Assembly (NCBI RefSeq): GCF_009914755.1
Contig: NC_060933.1
Length of the DNA stretch: 64,000 nt
Direction: 5' to 3' (one strand)
DNA from: the human T2T-CHM13v2.0 reference genome, Homo sapiens
Part shown: piece by piece, positions 31,396 through 49,455 of the stretch
How the letters are laid out: every line of letters starts with the position of its first letter
Numbering within the stretch: position 1 is the first letter of the stretch
Notes under the pieces: model-generated
The model's input: the letters and a program-made list of their open reading frames with translations, nothing else
Told to the model about the DNA's origin: nothing
The model's database searches: none
Position numbers and translations under genes: made by a program

Positions 31396-32172
31396 TGATT
31401 ATCTTCTTAACCTACTGATAATCTTTTCCAATCAAGTTAAAGACATGTTGATTCAGTCTCTGTGACATTTTGGCAAATTTCTTCAATGCTTTTTTTTTTT
31501 TTTTGAGAACCTACTGTGGGGCACAGCCCCGCTCCAATCTGTGATGATTTCACACGCTTTCATCTGGGCCCTGCTGAAGTCCTGCCTCATACATCATAGA
31601 ATCTGAATATACGACAAGAATCTTTGCTCACTCAAGTGTATTTCATTAGCACCTCCAATTTTAGACACACCCACATCACATCTTCCTCCCACCTTGCATT
31701 CAGCCTTCTTCCAATAGGCAGAACAGCAACTCTGAGGCTCAGTTTATAAGCCTTGGGCAGTGGGGAGGGATCCTTGTCACCAAGATCATTTAACAAATTT
31801 GGAAAACACGTAAGAATCAATAAATGGGCACTGCTTAGAAACTGCACAACAATGTCAAATACTAGTTTTAAAGAATGGCAGCTTTCGTAACAGCTCGTAT
31901 TCACCACGGCCAAAAACTACGAATGACCCAAATATCCATCAAAAGGACCACAGGCAAATAAATTGTGGTATACTCATAGACTGGAATGCTACAAAAGGAA
32001 TAAAAAAGGATGAACTACTGATACCTTCCACAACACAGGTAAATCTCATAGACATTACATATGTGAAATCCAGTTGACAGCTCCCCAAAATGCATACCAG
32101 TAATATCAAGTTCAAAGGCAAGCAAAACTGATAGTGGTAGAAGTCAGAGCAATGATTAGCTGGGGGTGATGA

Positions 32173-33902
<1,730 letters not shown>

Positions 33903-34251
33903 TATTGTTTCTGTTTAAAGACTAGGAGACCAAGGCTCAAATCTGTAAAGGACCACAGAGATGTCAGTAGCAGAGCTGACAGCAAGACTCCCATCTGTCT
34001 GATGTCAAGTCAAGCTATTAACAAATATACAATACTACCTCTCAAGAAAACAGGAAGCAGAGGCAAGCCCCACACACACAAAAACAACTAAGAAGCAAAG
34101 AGTATTATAACAGATAATACCAGAGAACAGAAATACACACTGTTCATAACAATGATCCTATGATATTTAAAAAAAATTAAACTATATTTTATACTATTTA
34201 ATTATGCAGACCAGACACAGAGAAATATTTAATATAACTCAATAAGAAATC

Positions 34252-34289
34252 ATATACACACATACACACACACATACATACACACACAC
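34252..34289. repeat. (CA/TA)n microsatellite
   Basis: Direct inspection. Confidence 0.85.
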
Positions 34290-34312
34290 TTTAAAACTCA
34301 GTGGTTAAAGAA

Positions 34313-34600
34313 GGCTGGGCACAGTGGCTCACCCCTGTAATCCCAGCACTTTGGGAGGCCAAGGTAGGCGGATCACTTCAGGCCAGGGGGTTGAGACCAG
34401 CCTGGGCAACTTAGTGAAACCCCATCTCTACTAAAAATACAAAAATTAGCCGGGCATGGTGGCATCTGCTCTAGAGGCTGAGACATGAGAATTCCCTGAA
34501 CCTGGGAGGCAGAGGTTGCAGTGAGCCAAGATTGCGCCACTGAACTCCAGCCTGGGTGACAGAGCAAGAATCTGTCTTTAAAAAAAAAAAAAAGAGAGAG
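34313..34600 (+). mobile_element. Alu
   Basis: Consensus plus A-tail. Confidence 0.88.
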
Positions 34601-35187
34601 AGAGAATTCTATCTAAGTTGAATTAAATCTAATTAAATAAAACATTGCTACAGAACATAAAAGAACTTATTTGCTATAAATGAATGCCATTCTTGCACAA
34701 CGTCGTGTTAGCAATACTTTGTTGGTCATATTTATTCTATGTACTTAAAGTGGCAAGATACAAAGAATATAATGTCATTTCTATCAAAATATTATCAGGC
34801 TTTATTAATTCTGATTGGACTACTTTCTAATTGATAAGTTCTATAGAACACTATGTGAAGAAGCACTAAATTTAAAAACTAAGTCTATCACAGGTTGACA
34901 CTTTTGTAAGATAAATATGAAATGCAATAGTACTATACTATTACATATCCAGTAATGCAATAATCTTATTTTTGTGAATAAAATAAATTACTAGAAAAAT
35001 GAAAGGGGAAAAAAAACAAAATACAAGCTCAAATTTCTTCTACTATTTGATTCTACAGACATAAAATTGCTCTATTCGATAACTATAAATGTTTCTAAAA
35101 TCTTATTCTCAACTTCTGTATTTATCTCAACACAGGCTGGTAACAAAATGTCACAGATCGGCACCAGTTCACAGGCCACACTTTATG

Positions 35188-35460
<273 letters not shown>

Positions 35461-36888
35461 ACACTGTTTAGATAAATCAAATACCTAGTATCTACAATAG
35501 AAGAGATTCAAATTCCACAAAGCTGAATGGTTTCTAGCTAAGTCTTGCCTTTTGGAGAATTACTGACTGATGCTCCTGGGACCAAAAGGAACTAACTTCA
35601 TTTCTCAGTGCCAAACTTTAATAATTTGAAACATAGCAAGGCAGTAAGCAATGCTTATTCTGTTTTTGGCACCTGTATTTAAATTAACTCAAAACGTCTT
35701 TTTTCACATCAACAGTGTTCCATGGATCCTTCATTGCACAGTGCGAAATGTGTGAGCATGTTCCTATTTCAGGACCTTGTGCTGTAAATCTAAGAGTGGC
35801 ATCACAAAAGATTACCATTATAAAGAAGAGTTCTATAGAACAAATGTCACTACATCAAGAGATGACCAAGGTGCCTGTGACTCAAGACCAAAAATACAAG
35901 CATTTCTTTTAAAGGAAGAATGTGGTTGCTATTATGTTATAGGTTGAGAAGAATTTTCCAGCTTAGAAAATGATCTTTATTTCCCCCTCTTCCCTTCCTA
36001 CCCACCTCAAATAAAAGAATACTTAAGATGAGCCATGAGCTAGCAGAAAGGGATGATACTGGGTTCAAGCCAATTCTAATTTGCTCAATCACAGATTTTC
36101 ACAATTTTTCATGCAGCGTATTACTGAAGTCTTCAGACTGCCCTGACAAATTGTTATTTCATGGAGTAAGTCCACAGGCAGGCCTATAAAGTTATTTGAA
36201 AGGGAGATTCTGCCAATAATTAGAAATACCCATCCCAAGGCTCATCTACAATAAAGTCAGATTCACAAACTCCCTTTTTTAAAGTTAGGGCCATACATTC
36301 AAAATCAGGCATTTGTGGTTTATGTAACAATCCTAATACGATAAACTAACGAACTAATTAGTTTGAACAATGAACTAATAAGCAATAGTTATTATTAATT
36401 TGTGAATGGAAGAACAAGCAGTTTTTGAAAATATCAAAGTCTTCAATGAGTAAAATTATTTCATACATTTATTACCCATTAAGTACCATACAAGTATTTA
36501 AACTATAGAGCTAAGTCAAGTATTTTGATAAACGAGCAGAAAAATTTTTAGAACTTGATTTAAGCACTAGTCTTCTAGAAATATCTTCAACACAATCGCA
36601 TGCTAAGTTTGAGATGATGTCATCCATTCCTGTAGACATCACTAACTACCACCTCTGGAACACAGTGACTTGACTGGTTTTTCTGGAAGTGGTACTGCAT
36701 TAGCAACCTTATCGACTGTCTCTACTGACTGTGTCCCCAGAAAAAAGGGGTTCATTTTGGTCCCAGAAAGTAACTACTGATTATTGGGAACGTTTCTTAA
36801 CTTCTCAGGAACCACACTCCTCAGTGGTAGTTTTGAGTACAATAACCCAGGATTCTCACCTGATACAAAGCCTAGGTTTTGGGGTTTG

Positions 36889-37199
36889 CTTTTTTTTTTT
36901 TTTTTTTTGAGACAAGTTATCTCTCTATTGCCCAGGCTTGAGTGCTGTGGTATGACCATAGCTCACTCACTGCACCCTCGAACTCCTAGGCTCAAACAAT
37001 CCTCCAGCCTCAGTCTCCCAAGTAGCTGGGACTACAGGCATGTGCAACCACGCCTGGCTAATTTTTTTTAAAATTTTTTTATAGAGATGGGGTCTGTCTT
37101 TGTTGCCGAGGCTGGTCTGGAACTCCTGGGCTCACGCAATCATTCCACCTTGGCATTCCAATATGCTGGGATTACAGGCATGAGCCACTGTGCCCAGCC
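36889..37199 (-). mobile_element. AluJ, followed by a MER20-like relic (~37220-37445)
   Basis: Reverse Alu with diverged flanking duplication aaagcctag/aaagcttag. Confidence 0.85.
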
Positions 37200-37573
37200 A
37201 AAGCTTAGTTTTCATCAATGGCAGTAGTTCTCAGCGTAGGGAGATTTTGCTCTCCATCCCCCAAGGTCACTTACAGGGATATATGGCAATGTCTGAAGAC
37301 ATTCTGAGTTTTGACAATTAGAGTGGGTGTGGGGATTTTACCAGCATCTAGTGGGCAGAAGCCACGGAGGCCACTAAACATGCTACGACGCACAAGATAG
37401 CCTCCATGACAAAACGTCAACAGTGTCACTGTGGAAAAACCCAGATCTGTGGTGTTATTTGCGCTCATCCTAAAATGACTATTTACCAGATCTTCTTTTT
37501 TCAGAAACAACTATCAAGATATTTCTGGCAAGGATCTGATTACCTGAATCTACCACATCATTCTTATATTTAC

Positions 37574-37650
37574 CTGAAAGGAATATAGGATGTCTCTCCA
37601 AAGATTAATATTCTATATGCTTCTTCTGGGGTTCTCCCCAAATATATAAC
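37574..37650 (-). CDS. CDC14B: CDC14B exon 5 (VIYLGRTPEEAYRILIFGETSYIPFR)
   Basis: catag|GTTATA ... TTCAG|gtaaat; 77 nt. Confidence 0.96.
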
Positions 37651-39129
37651 CTATGTTTGAAAAAAGAAGAAAAAGGCAATTTATTTCTAAGTGAAGATAC
37701 AGTGCTGTCACTGCGAAGTAAATTTTGTCCAATTTCCAACCAACTGAGCAGGGTTCTCCAGCCTTCCCCAGGAGCCTAGGAATCACCCAGAATCCTGTCC
37801 ATAGATTTCTTTTTTGTTTAAATCCTCCATTGCTGGTTTCTGTTGTTTGCAGTATAAGCCCTGACCAACAACTCTTCACAGCAACCTTTTGTGGTAAGAA
37901 GCACAGTATTTTAAAAACAGATTTTCCAAATCAAGACGTTAGACTGATCCCATGCTTTTACCTCCCCTCCTTCCTGAAAGTCCACTGAAATGACAGCTAA
38001 GCAGCGTGTAGGAGATGGGGATGGGGTTAGACTGGGGTGAGGTGGAAAGAGACACAAAGGCAGAACACAGACTGTGATTAACTCTGTCCATGTAGGTGTG
38101 AGGGCTTGCAATACTGAACAAGTTGATTATCAAACTGCACTTGTTTTCGACGCTCATTGACTTCTTTTGTCCTTAGAACTATGCTATGCTTTGACTTTAA
38201 CCTGGGAGAATACCTCAAGTATATTCTTCAGCATTTGAGGTCTATAGTTGGTATTCCTTGCCTTTCCAAACATTTTTTTTTTCCCTTGACATTTTTTATT
38301 TGACTACTATGCGTAGGATTTTTGGTCTGCAGTCATTTCCTCTTGATAGTTTCTAGATAACGTTCTCATGTCTTCTCACTTCTAGTGTTACAGAAGTATT
38401 TTACTGATCTAAGTATCTCTGTCTGCTTCTTACAAGTAACCTGTTTGTTCTAGAAATCTGCAGTTTGAGACTTTCACCACCATCTCTCTAAGTAAGTCCT
38501 CTGCCTACCCCCTATTACATTTGCCTGGGACTTCAGAACCTTCCTGCAGGGCCCTTTCAACTAATGTACGGAAGGTTGGGGTTGGGGAGGCGGGAGCGGT
38601 GGGAAGGAGAAACAGCATTAAATCTGGCACATATATTATCACTAAAATTAGGTTGAACTCCAAAGATTACTTTGGGGAAATAGATTTTAAATTTCACTAA
38701 TAAAAAAAAAGAAATCACTAAAAAAAGTTAATTGCAAACTTTTTATCTCCATTACTTAACATGATACATGTGACCTGTTTCCACAACCAAATGTGAAGCA
38801 TTCTGAAGTTGGGACCCATGTCTTATGGTTTCATTACACACCAATCCGATTCACTGATGTACTTAGCTGAACCCAAATCTACTTACAATAGTTAGGAAAA
38901 TTTTAAATGTTTAATAAAAGTTGATATCAATGTGAAACTATCACTGGACTAAGAGAAATTTTTCAAAGTTCAAAGATCCAGCAAGGATCTTAGAAACTCA
39001 GAAACAGACATATCCTAAAACTAGTCATAAGCACTGACTCAGCTTCCAAAGGGCATTTCACCAATTTTCTGACTCAAGACTCATAAACGGAAAATTTTCC
39101 CAATGACTGGCCTGTTTCTGTTTCTTTCT

Positions 39130-39438
<309 letters not shown>

Positions 39439-39661
39439 TACACACAGATCTTCTAAGCATCAACCTATAAGTCATGAAAATTAAAACATTTAAAAAAATC
39501 AGCCTGTTTTTTCCAAATTCCCTTATTCCCTTCCAGTCTCCGATGCATGTATGCCTCTTCTAACACTTACCAGATAACATCAGTAAAGTCTTTCATTTTC
39601 TCCATTCTATTTTAAGACTTCCTAGCAGATTAAAAAAAAACAAAAAACAAAACCTAAAACC

Positions 39662-39960
39662 GGAAGGGTGCGGTGGCTCACGCCTGTAATCCCAGGACTT
39701 TGGGAGGCCATCACAGGCAGATCACGAGGTCAGGAGATGGAGACCATCCTGGCTAACACGGTGAAACCCCGTCTCTACTAAAAATACAAAAAATTACCCT
39801 GCATGGTGGCAGGCTCCTGTAACCCCAGCCACTCAGGAGGCTAAGGCAGGAGAATCCCTTGAACCCAGGAGGCGGAGGTTGCAGTGAGCCGAGATCGCGC
39901 CACTGCACTCCAGCATGGGCGACAGACCAAGAGTCAGTCTCAAAAGGCAAAAACAAAAAA
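39662..39960 (+). mobile_element. Alu (Y/Sc-like)
   Basis: Consensus plus A-rich tail. Confidence 0.9.
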
Positions 39961-40869
39961 ACAAAACAAAACCCTAAAACCAAAAAACAAAACCAAATAA
40001 AAAAACACCTTGAAGCCAATAAAAATAAGAATAGAGTCTGATTCATCTGTGTACTAAAATGAAATCTAGAGACCCATTTAGGAATTTCTCTAAATTTCTA
40101 AGGCCTTCTCTCAAATTATACAAATTTTTCCTTAAGCACTAATTTAAGATAATTTTTCCTGCTTGTGATTACAGTTCTTTGGGTTCTTTAATTAGTAAAA
40201 TTGCAATGGTATTACTTTCTCCTAACTTTCAAAGCAAAAATAGTCTGTAATACATTAAGGACTGTGGTTTAGCCTTGGAACACTAGTTTGATTCAAAAAA
40301 CCACAAGAACAATGTAACATTTTTTTCCTATGGGGGAAAAAACCCCTAAATTCCTGACGATGAACTTTAAAAGACTGTAATTTAAAAATCCAGTTGGGGA
40401 ATGCTGGCACATAAATAAATAATGTAAAGCATAACTAGATAAACTGAAGGAAGTTTACAGATGCAGAACAAATCCACTTATATAACTATCAAAGATATAT
40501 TTGCCAATCTATAACTTTTACCTTTTTTTCTTTTTTGGCCAGGCATGAAGGAAGTAACTTTTACTTTTACACCTACTCATCTTGCTGATTCAAAAGGCCT
40601 TCCCAAATGAAATCATTCTAAATTTGTTACTAAAGAAGAATCCTATAAATAACTCCTACATTAACACAAATTCTCAGATTAGTAAACTCTAAATTGATGC
40701 AACTTATGATCTATCACCGTGCTTCTGGCAGTCTGGACACTTGGCGTTTCTCAAATTCTTTTGATATATTTTCATGAGAAGCTATATATATAGAATGCCC
40801 ACTCTAATTCCACAGTGCTAGTTAAGAACAGGAAACAACAAATGATGACCAAGAGAGCTGCTGACCAGC

Positions 40870-41345
40870 TGTGATCGCCAGCTTCCCAGGCAACCCCAAA
40901 GAGTCTCATCTGCTGGCATTTCCACCCTTGTGTGGTCCCCTCCCACGGTGAACAGGGTGCCCCTGTGTAACGAACAGGATACTGGAGTAATAGGGTGTGA
41001 TTTCAGAGGCTAGATCATAAAAGAGGTAGCTCCTGTCATGCTTTCTCTTAGAACCCTCGCTCTGGGTACAGCAAGCTGTTATTTTGGGAGGATACTCAAG
41101 CAGCCCACGTGGTATGGAAGAGAGGCCTCCTGCCAGCAATCGGCACTAACCTGCCAGGTATGTGACTGAGCCCCCTTAGACATGGACCCTCCAGGTGAAT
41201 GCAGCCCAGACACGGTACAGAACCAGACCAGACCCAACCAAGTTAAGCAACTCCCAGATGCCTAACTCATAGACATGGTCTAAGACAATTCGTACTGTTG
41301 TTTTAGGTCACAAAGTTTTGCAGTAATTTGCTGGGCAGCAATAGT
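40870..41345 (+). mobile_element. MLT1-type MaLR solo LTR
   Basis: cccttgtgtggtcccctccc ... gtaatttgctgggcagcaatag. Confidence 0.7.
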
Positions 41346-43829
41346 GTGCAGTAGCACACTCAATTTAAGGAAATGGCCGTTTCCATTTGTTAAAAGTGAA
41401 TAGACAAATACATGAGGCGTAAGCACAGAGATGCAGCTTAGGAGGCATCAGTAAGACCTTGTTTCTCTAGGATAAAGACTCTCTCTGAACGAGCAAATAT
41501 CACACAAACACACGCAAATACTGTGGTTGAAAATGCTTGAGACTGGTGTGGTTTTCAAAGTCATGGCACAAAGTTCTTTTTTTGCTGAACAATACCTCAA
41601 CCATTCCCAGGACTTCCCACCACCCCCACTTTCTAAAATCACCATCTGCATGCCAGAGTCCCTGTGAGAACGCTGGACCCTCGATTACTAACATACGTTT
41701 CAAAACCTCGGAGGTATTGAACTAGCAGTGATGGAAGAACAAGCAACAGAAGCAACAGGATCCCAGCTGCATTACTTCTCCTTTCAATGTTTCAATGCTG
41801 ACAAGCCGGGCCTCAAATCATGGAAACCCAATTAGACATGTGCTTCCTATTTCTACTCTTATGCACAGGATTCTGAAGCTTTATTTATATACTTAGAGAG
41901 CCTCTGTACAATTTAGAACCCAAACGTTACACAAGTCATTTCACCCTAGAGCTGAGAGTGACAAAGGATATTGAAATTCCAGCAACAAATGTGGCAGCCT
42001 GAGTAACCAGGAAATCCTGGAGAGATGTCACAATGTTTCCAGCACTTAAAGACTCTTGTGACTATTTTCATGTCAGCCAGATGATACAGTCTTTCCTACG
42101 CCAAGAACTTGATTGATTATTAAAAAAAAAAATCACTCTCTCCAGATTAACAAAGAATGCTCACAAATCAATGCAAGTTGAAGATAGGCTTACACATTCA
42201 ACTGCTCAATAAAAAAGGTGAGCAGAGGAAAGAACACAGAGAATAAAAAAGTAAATAAAATCACTTTCATAGCTCCTGCACAAAACTGGTTAAGAAAAAA
42301 AACTCGTTAAAAAAAACCTCAGATGAACTTATATTTCAATAGTTTTAACTTTTAAAATTACTTTTACATATATATAATGATATATATAATGATCCTCAAT
42401 TTCGACAAAATGAAACTGGAAGTTCAGAGTAGCAAACACGTATCTACCAAGTCTGCTAATAAAAATAGTGAATTGGCCCTGGGAATTAGTACACATTTGA
42501 GTGGTAGGGACATTTTTTAAAGACCAAGAAAAAAATCTTGATTTTTTAAAAAATGAAATCTCCTAAATTTTAACCACAGAGGAAAAAAAACCCACAACTA
42601 TTTATAATGCTCTGTGAGTTTCATAAAACTGGCAGGCTACAACTTTCCAGACCTTGGCATCAACTGCTCATCCAAGATCACACCGCCTATTATTGATGGA
42701 AGAGGGCCTGCTCCTCTGGCCGTATTTATAGACAGGAACCCATCCTATCTAAAACAATGACCGGAACAAGGATGGGACCCAAAATTCCAGAAAGCTTAAC
42801 GGATCTGCAGTCAAGGATCTTAAGCTATCAGAGAGCCATTTCTCTTCACTTTTTCCCCAAGTTAACAGCACCCAGCAAGCACCACGGGCAGTGGAAACGC
42901 CCGTCAGAAGCCCTCGGGTGGCAAGGGAAGTCAAACTGTGATGCACTGTGAGCAGGGCAGACAGCTGCCTCCCACAGGGCCGGCTCCCAAGGAAGCACTG
43001 GCTTCCCACTGAGGGCCTGTGCCGTCCCTTTGCTCAGCCCAGTTCGCCTCACACTAGCTGGGGCCTGGCTACTACTGACGGTTGCCTCGTGCTGTTTGCC
43101 CTGCCTTTCACAGACACCCAGGAAGGGTGTTATGACCTCATTCTGTCCTCCAGCCTCTGCTGTCCCATCTGGGCAGCTGTTTGCTGAACTGGATTCTTAC
43201 CCACTGCGTCTAGATCCTCGTTCTCTGTTCCCTTGTCTTAACTTCCCAACTGATCCTTTCCTCCTGCAGGCACTGGCTATTCTGAGTCCAAGATAATTAA
43301 ATCATTTAAAAAGTGGGACCACAGATTCAAAAGATCATCATTAAATAACAAAGTCCCTGAGCTCTTATCATAACTGTAGAGGCAATCTCAAATTTAATGC
43401 AGTTTAGAATTCTTCTCACAGATTGCTGAGTTAATATATTCTTAAATTTAATTAGTATCATCATTTTCAACATAAATGCTTACAAGGTAAGCCATTCTTA
43501 CAGCTATAAAAACTGCTTAAACATAAAAAATAATAATATACAGTGATAAATTTTGAACAGGGAACCTACATGTTACAATTAGCTCTACCAAAGTAATCTA
43601 TTAAACATTAGAGGAAAGCAAATTTGCAAGCTACGTGCCAAAAGTTTGCTTGTGTCATTTATTTTTTACACAAAATGCTTGGCATTTATTTTATACACAG
43701 AAAGATGTTAGAAATGGTGGTTAATTTCCCAGGCTAGCCCTCAAAAGTACATTTAACCCATAGAAGAGATGAATACCATGTATCTTCAGAAAATCTAACT
43801 GCTGTGGCAGGAAGATGTAACCAAAGTTG

Positions 43830-44230
43830 AAAGACAAATACCATTATGTTCTCACTCATATGCAGGAGCTAAGTAAGTTGATCTTATGGAGGCCAAGAGT
43901 AGAATAAGGGTTATCAGAGGCTGGGAAGGGCGTGTGTGGTCAGGGGGAGTGAAGAGAGGTTGGTTCTTTGGTACAAATGTACAGTTAGAATGAACAAGTT
44001 CTAGTGTTAGATAGCACAGTAGTGTGACTATAGTTTACAATAACTTACTGTGTATTTCAAAATAGAAAGGAAGATTTAAAATGCTCTCAACACAAAGAAA
44101 TGACAAATGTTTGAGGCGATGGATACTGCAACTGCCCTAATTTGGCTGTCACACATTATATACATGTATAAAACTATCACATGTAACCCATAAATATGTA
44201 CAATTATGTACCAATAAAAAATTTTAAAAT
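43830..44230 (+). mobile_element. L1MA 3' end
   Basis: atgttctcactcatatgcaggagct ... aattatgtaccaataaaaa. Confidence 0.85.
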
Positions 44231-46359
44231 TGTACTGTAAACATAAAACATATACGTACACAACATACATCTGTGCATATACACACACGTGCACGTCTTG
44301 TTTCTAGAAATATAAAAACTTCTTTTTAAAAGATTTTTTAAATTTCTCAAGAGTGCAAATATGGATTTTGTGTATGACATTTTTACAACAAAATTAACAA
44401 AACAAAATTTCCAACTTTTCTTTCCAAAAGGATTTTTATTATGAATTTGTTTTGAAAAGCACTTAAAATTTTCCACTTAAAATTTCACCTTTACTTTGAA
44501 ATGACAGGTTAAGTATCATTATCCCTCAATCTGGCCAGGTCATAGCCACTGGCTTAAATAGGGCAGCAAACTTATTTTGTAAAACAATATAGTATGTTTA
44601 CCTTTTTGTGAATAAGCAAACAAACAAAAGCTCAAGTCATCTTTTATATTTTTCAACTCTTACAGTGGTGCAAAAGATTTTTAGCTTCACTCTAATTTGA
44701 TACCAAAGAGTCTACCATTCAGATAGCTGAATGGGAAAGCCATTTACCAGGCCACATGAAGAGCAATACTTTGAAATACAATAAAGACAAATGAGTACTC
44801 AACTCACTCTTCTCACTTCTTGTAACACACATGACGCCTGACCATCTGTCAAAAAGACCAATTGTGGGCATGTCAATTCATATTTTACACATTTTTGAAG
44901 CCTCACCTCTTCTGTTTTTAAGATAAAAAATAAATATAACACTTTATTTCCATGCCATAAAGGATTACCTCACACTCTCTGCCCAACCCACATTAGGTCT
45001 TTCTGTGTATACAAGGATGAAGGAAACACGTTACTTTCAGAAGCCCTGAATTCAAAAAGGACTGATAAAAATAAACAGAGTCAGTCTATTTGGAATATTT
45101 CTTTCCTAAAGATTCTTCCTCCAGATTTTTTTGGTTTTGTTTTAACATTACCATGCCAAGTCGAACACTAAAGAACCTTACTCTCTCCAAAATTCCTGAC
45201 GACTCCAGAAAACGTTATCAAGGATGCGGATCAGTTTATAGGGAACTAGCACTCATCTCCACAAATCTTTAACCAGAGGATTTAACGTATTTTAACCAGA
45301 TCAAAGCTTCACTTGCTTTGATGTGTTATCTTTTCAGGTGTCCATATTATATCTTGACACTGCTTTTCTACTATGAATACATTTCCTTTTCTTAGAAGCT
45401 TTTCTCCTGCTTTCCTGCCTATCAACATTACAGCTCCCAATTCCTATTTTAGCAGCCAGCTATGGCTGCAAAGGCTTCTGTCACAGCCAAGAGCTATAAT
45501 CCTCCTGCCAAGCTAGCTCCTCACTGGGTAAGTAATAAATGCGAGTGAAGATCCAAATTTGCTTACCTGGCACTTCCCTAACCAATCAAATCAGTACTAA
45601 CCTGAAGGTGTGAAATTCTGGAAGGATTTCTAAATCTAAGATATATTAACTATAGAAAAATAAGCTTCTGTGGTCCAAAATACAACCATAAACAAAGTCA
45701 AAAGGCCAATATAAAACTGGAAACAAATATGCCAAAAAATTTTCAATACATACGTCAAGGGGTTGTTGTTTGTTCACTAGTAGTTTAAAAACGACAGCAA
45801 CAAGACTTAAAAAGAGTGATTTCTTATTTATAAACTTATCACACATTCTGTTTCTGTTTTTAAGACAACCCTGACTGAGTTCCCACTATGCCCATAGCCA
45901 CCTTCAGAGAGGTTCTTCACGCTGTAGTCCTCGTGCCTGGCTCCTCAAGACCCTACCATCTCAGGGACATCTCATCTGACCAGAGACAGCAATTGACCCG
46001 GAAGTGGCCCGGTCTGGCCCCTCTGCTTTGGAGTTCTGCTCAGGAGCACTCTCTCCTAGATGGAACTTCAGCCATCCAGACTTTGTCCAGGTCAGTGTAA
46101 AGGCAAGATCCACAAAGAACGGTTGGAACTTTTTTCTGTCACACCAAGGACCATTTCTCCAGGGTTCCCTTTAATATTTTATGAATCTCAAGAATTCTGG
46201 CTGAATTCCTTTTTCTATAAAGTTGTCATGATTTATGTTAATCTATGAGGTTCCTCTCCCCAGTGACTGGCCAAGTAATAGGACCAAATGTCCCAGTTAA
46301 AACACCCACTTCTCCATACTCTTTTTCTTTCTTGGGTTCATACATAGACTTTTCTCTTT

Positions 46360-47564
<1,205 letters not shown>

Positions 47565-48470
47565 AAAACAACCCTTTTTTTCAAGTCTCAGAGAGAATAA
47601 CTATTACACTGATGGTGGGGTGGGGGTGGAAGAAACATCCCCTGGCTACTCCCCACTGAACAGCGTGGCCAGCTTTCTCACCACCAGACACAGGGGGTAG
47701 TACTCTGGAGGAGCTCTAAGCTGGCTCTGGAAAAATTGCAGCTTTCAGGGCCCCTGCAGACAAATCCACTGGGTGCCAAACAAAATGTGACTCTTCAAAA
47801 AATAAATCTTTTCCATCATATTTACAAATAAATGAAATTCACAACTCTTATGTAAATACTGCTATTCCAAAGTACATTTCCAATGATCCAAATGGAGCAC
47901 TTGATGGCATATGTATGTAATCCGTGTGGTATGTAACCCATCTTCTGACAACACTGACATCCCGTGGCCTCCTGCTAGATGTTTTGATGAGAAAGGAGAT
48001 GACCTTAATTAGGGGAAAAATGCCTAGATTCAAATTTTAGAAAGCACTTTTTAAAAAAATTTTTAGAAAATTAATAGTGGGGTCCTGACCCCAGTAAGAT
48101 GATTTTACAACTCACTAAATGGATCACGAGTGAATAGAAATAGCTTTGGAGCACTATTTTCCAACCTTTAGTGCCATAAAACATAAACCTTTGCCAAAGT
48201 AGTTGGGCACTTTTTAAAAAAATATAGGCTTTTTTCCCGAGCAGTTTTAGGTTCACAGCAAAATTAAGTGGAAGGTACAGGAGATCTCTCATCTACCTGC
48301 TACTTCCACATAAGCACAGCTTCCTTGAATTGGTCAATTTTTTAAAAGCAAAACACGTTCTTTCTGAAGAGAAATCAAGACATTATCTTGATTTCAAAAT
48401 TCCAACTGCAAATGTAAAGAACCACTGTTGTGTGCATTTTTATGAATACATTAGGAAAACAAATACTTAC

Positions 48471-48563
48471 CATGTAGCATCCAACAAGGAAGGCAGCATT
48501 TGCTTGTTTTCTCTGATCAGAGCCAGTAAAATGAACAATTTTCTTCCTTAACATTGTAATGGA
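48471..48563 (-). CDS. CDC14B: CDC14B exon 4 ([31 protein letters not shown])
   Basis: tgcag|TCCATT ... TACATG|gtaagt; 93 nt. Confidence 0.97.
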
Positions 48564-49149
48564 CTGCATAAAAATAAATAACTGTTAGCATTTTCTTTTT
48601 AATTTCAAGTCTTCCACAATTTCATTTTGTGATGAAGATCAATTCCAAATCCCATAACCATTCATATTATTAGCAAGACCTTTGAAAAGATTAACATTGA
48701 TACCCACAAATACCATATATCTTCCCATAAAAAGGCACATTCTGGGATGAGAATGAACATACAATTAGAGAAGAGGGGAGGGGACATGAATGGACACATG
48801 CTTAAAGCATGGGCTGCTTCTGAAAGAGCAAACCAAGAGTGGTAGAAAAGACCACCTTTCCTTCTGTTTGGTTTTTAAAGAAATCTGTCCCCAAAGCCTT
48901 TAAGTTAAAATAAAAAGGTATACAGAATCATCTACAGTGTTATAAGCCAGGGCAGTGAATAACCAGGGGAGGGGTGTGCAGAGACAGGAACTGGAAGACA
49001 GCATGGAGGGCTGCTATGGGGTGCCGCCAGTGCACTGCTCCTGACTGGTGATCAAGATAATCATCTATGTATATTCCATTAGTGAAAGTTTATTGAGCTC
49101 TACATCCATGATGTGTACATATTTCTATTTATATGTTAAAAAGTTTTCT

Positions 49150-49455
<306 letters not shown>

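Noticed and set aside
45998-46005. Isolated CCGGAAGT ETS motif
   Set aside because: A single 8-mer is expected by chance in 64 kb and has no CpG-island context
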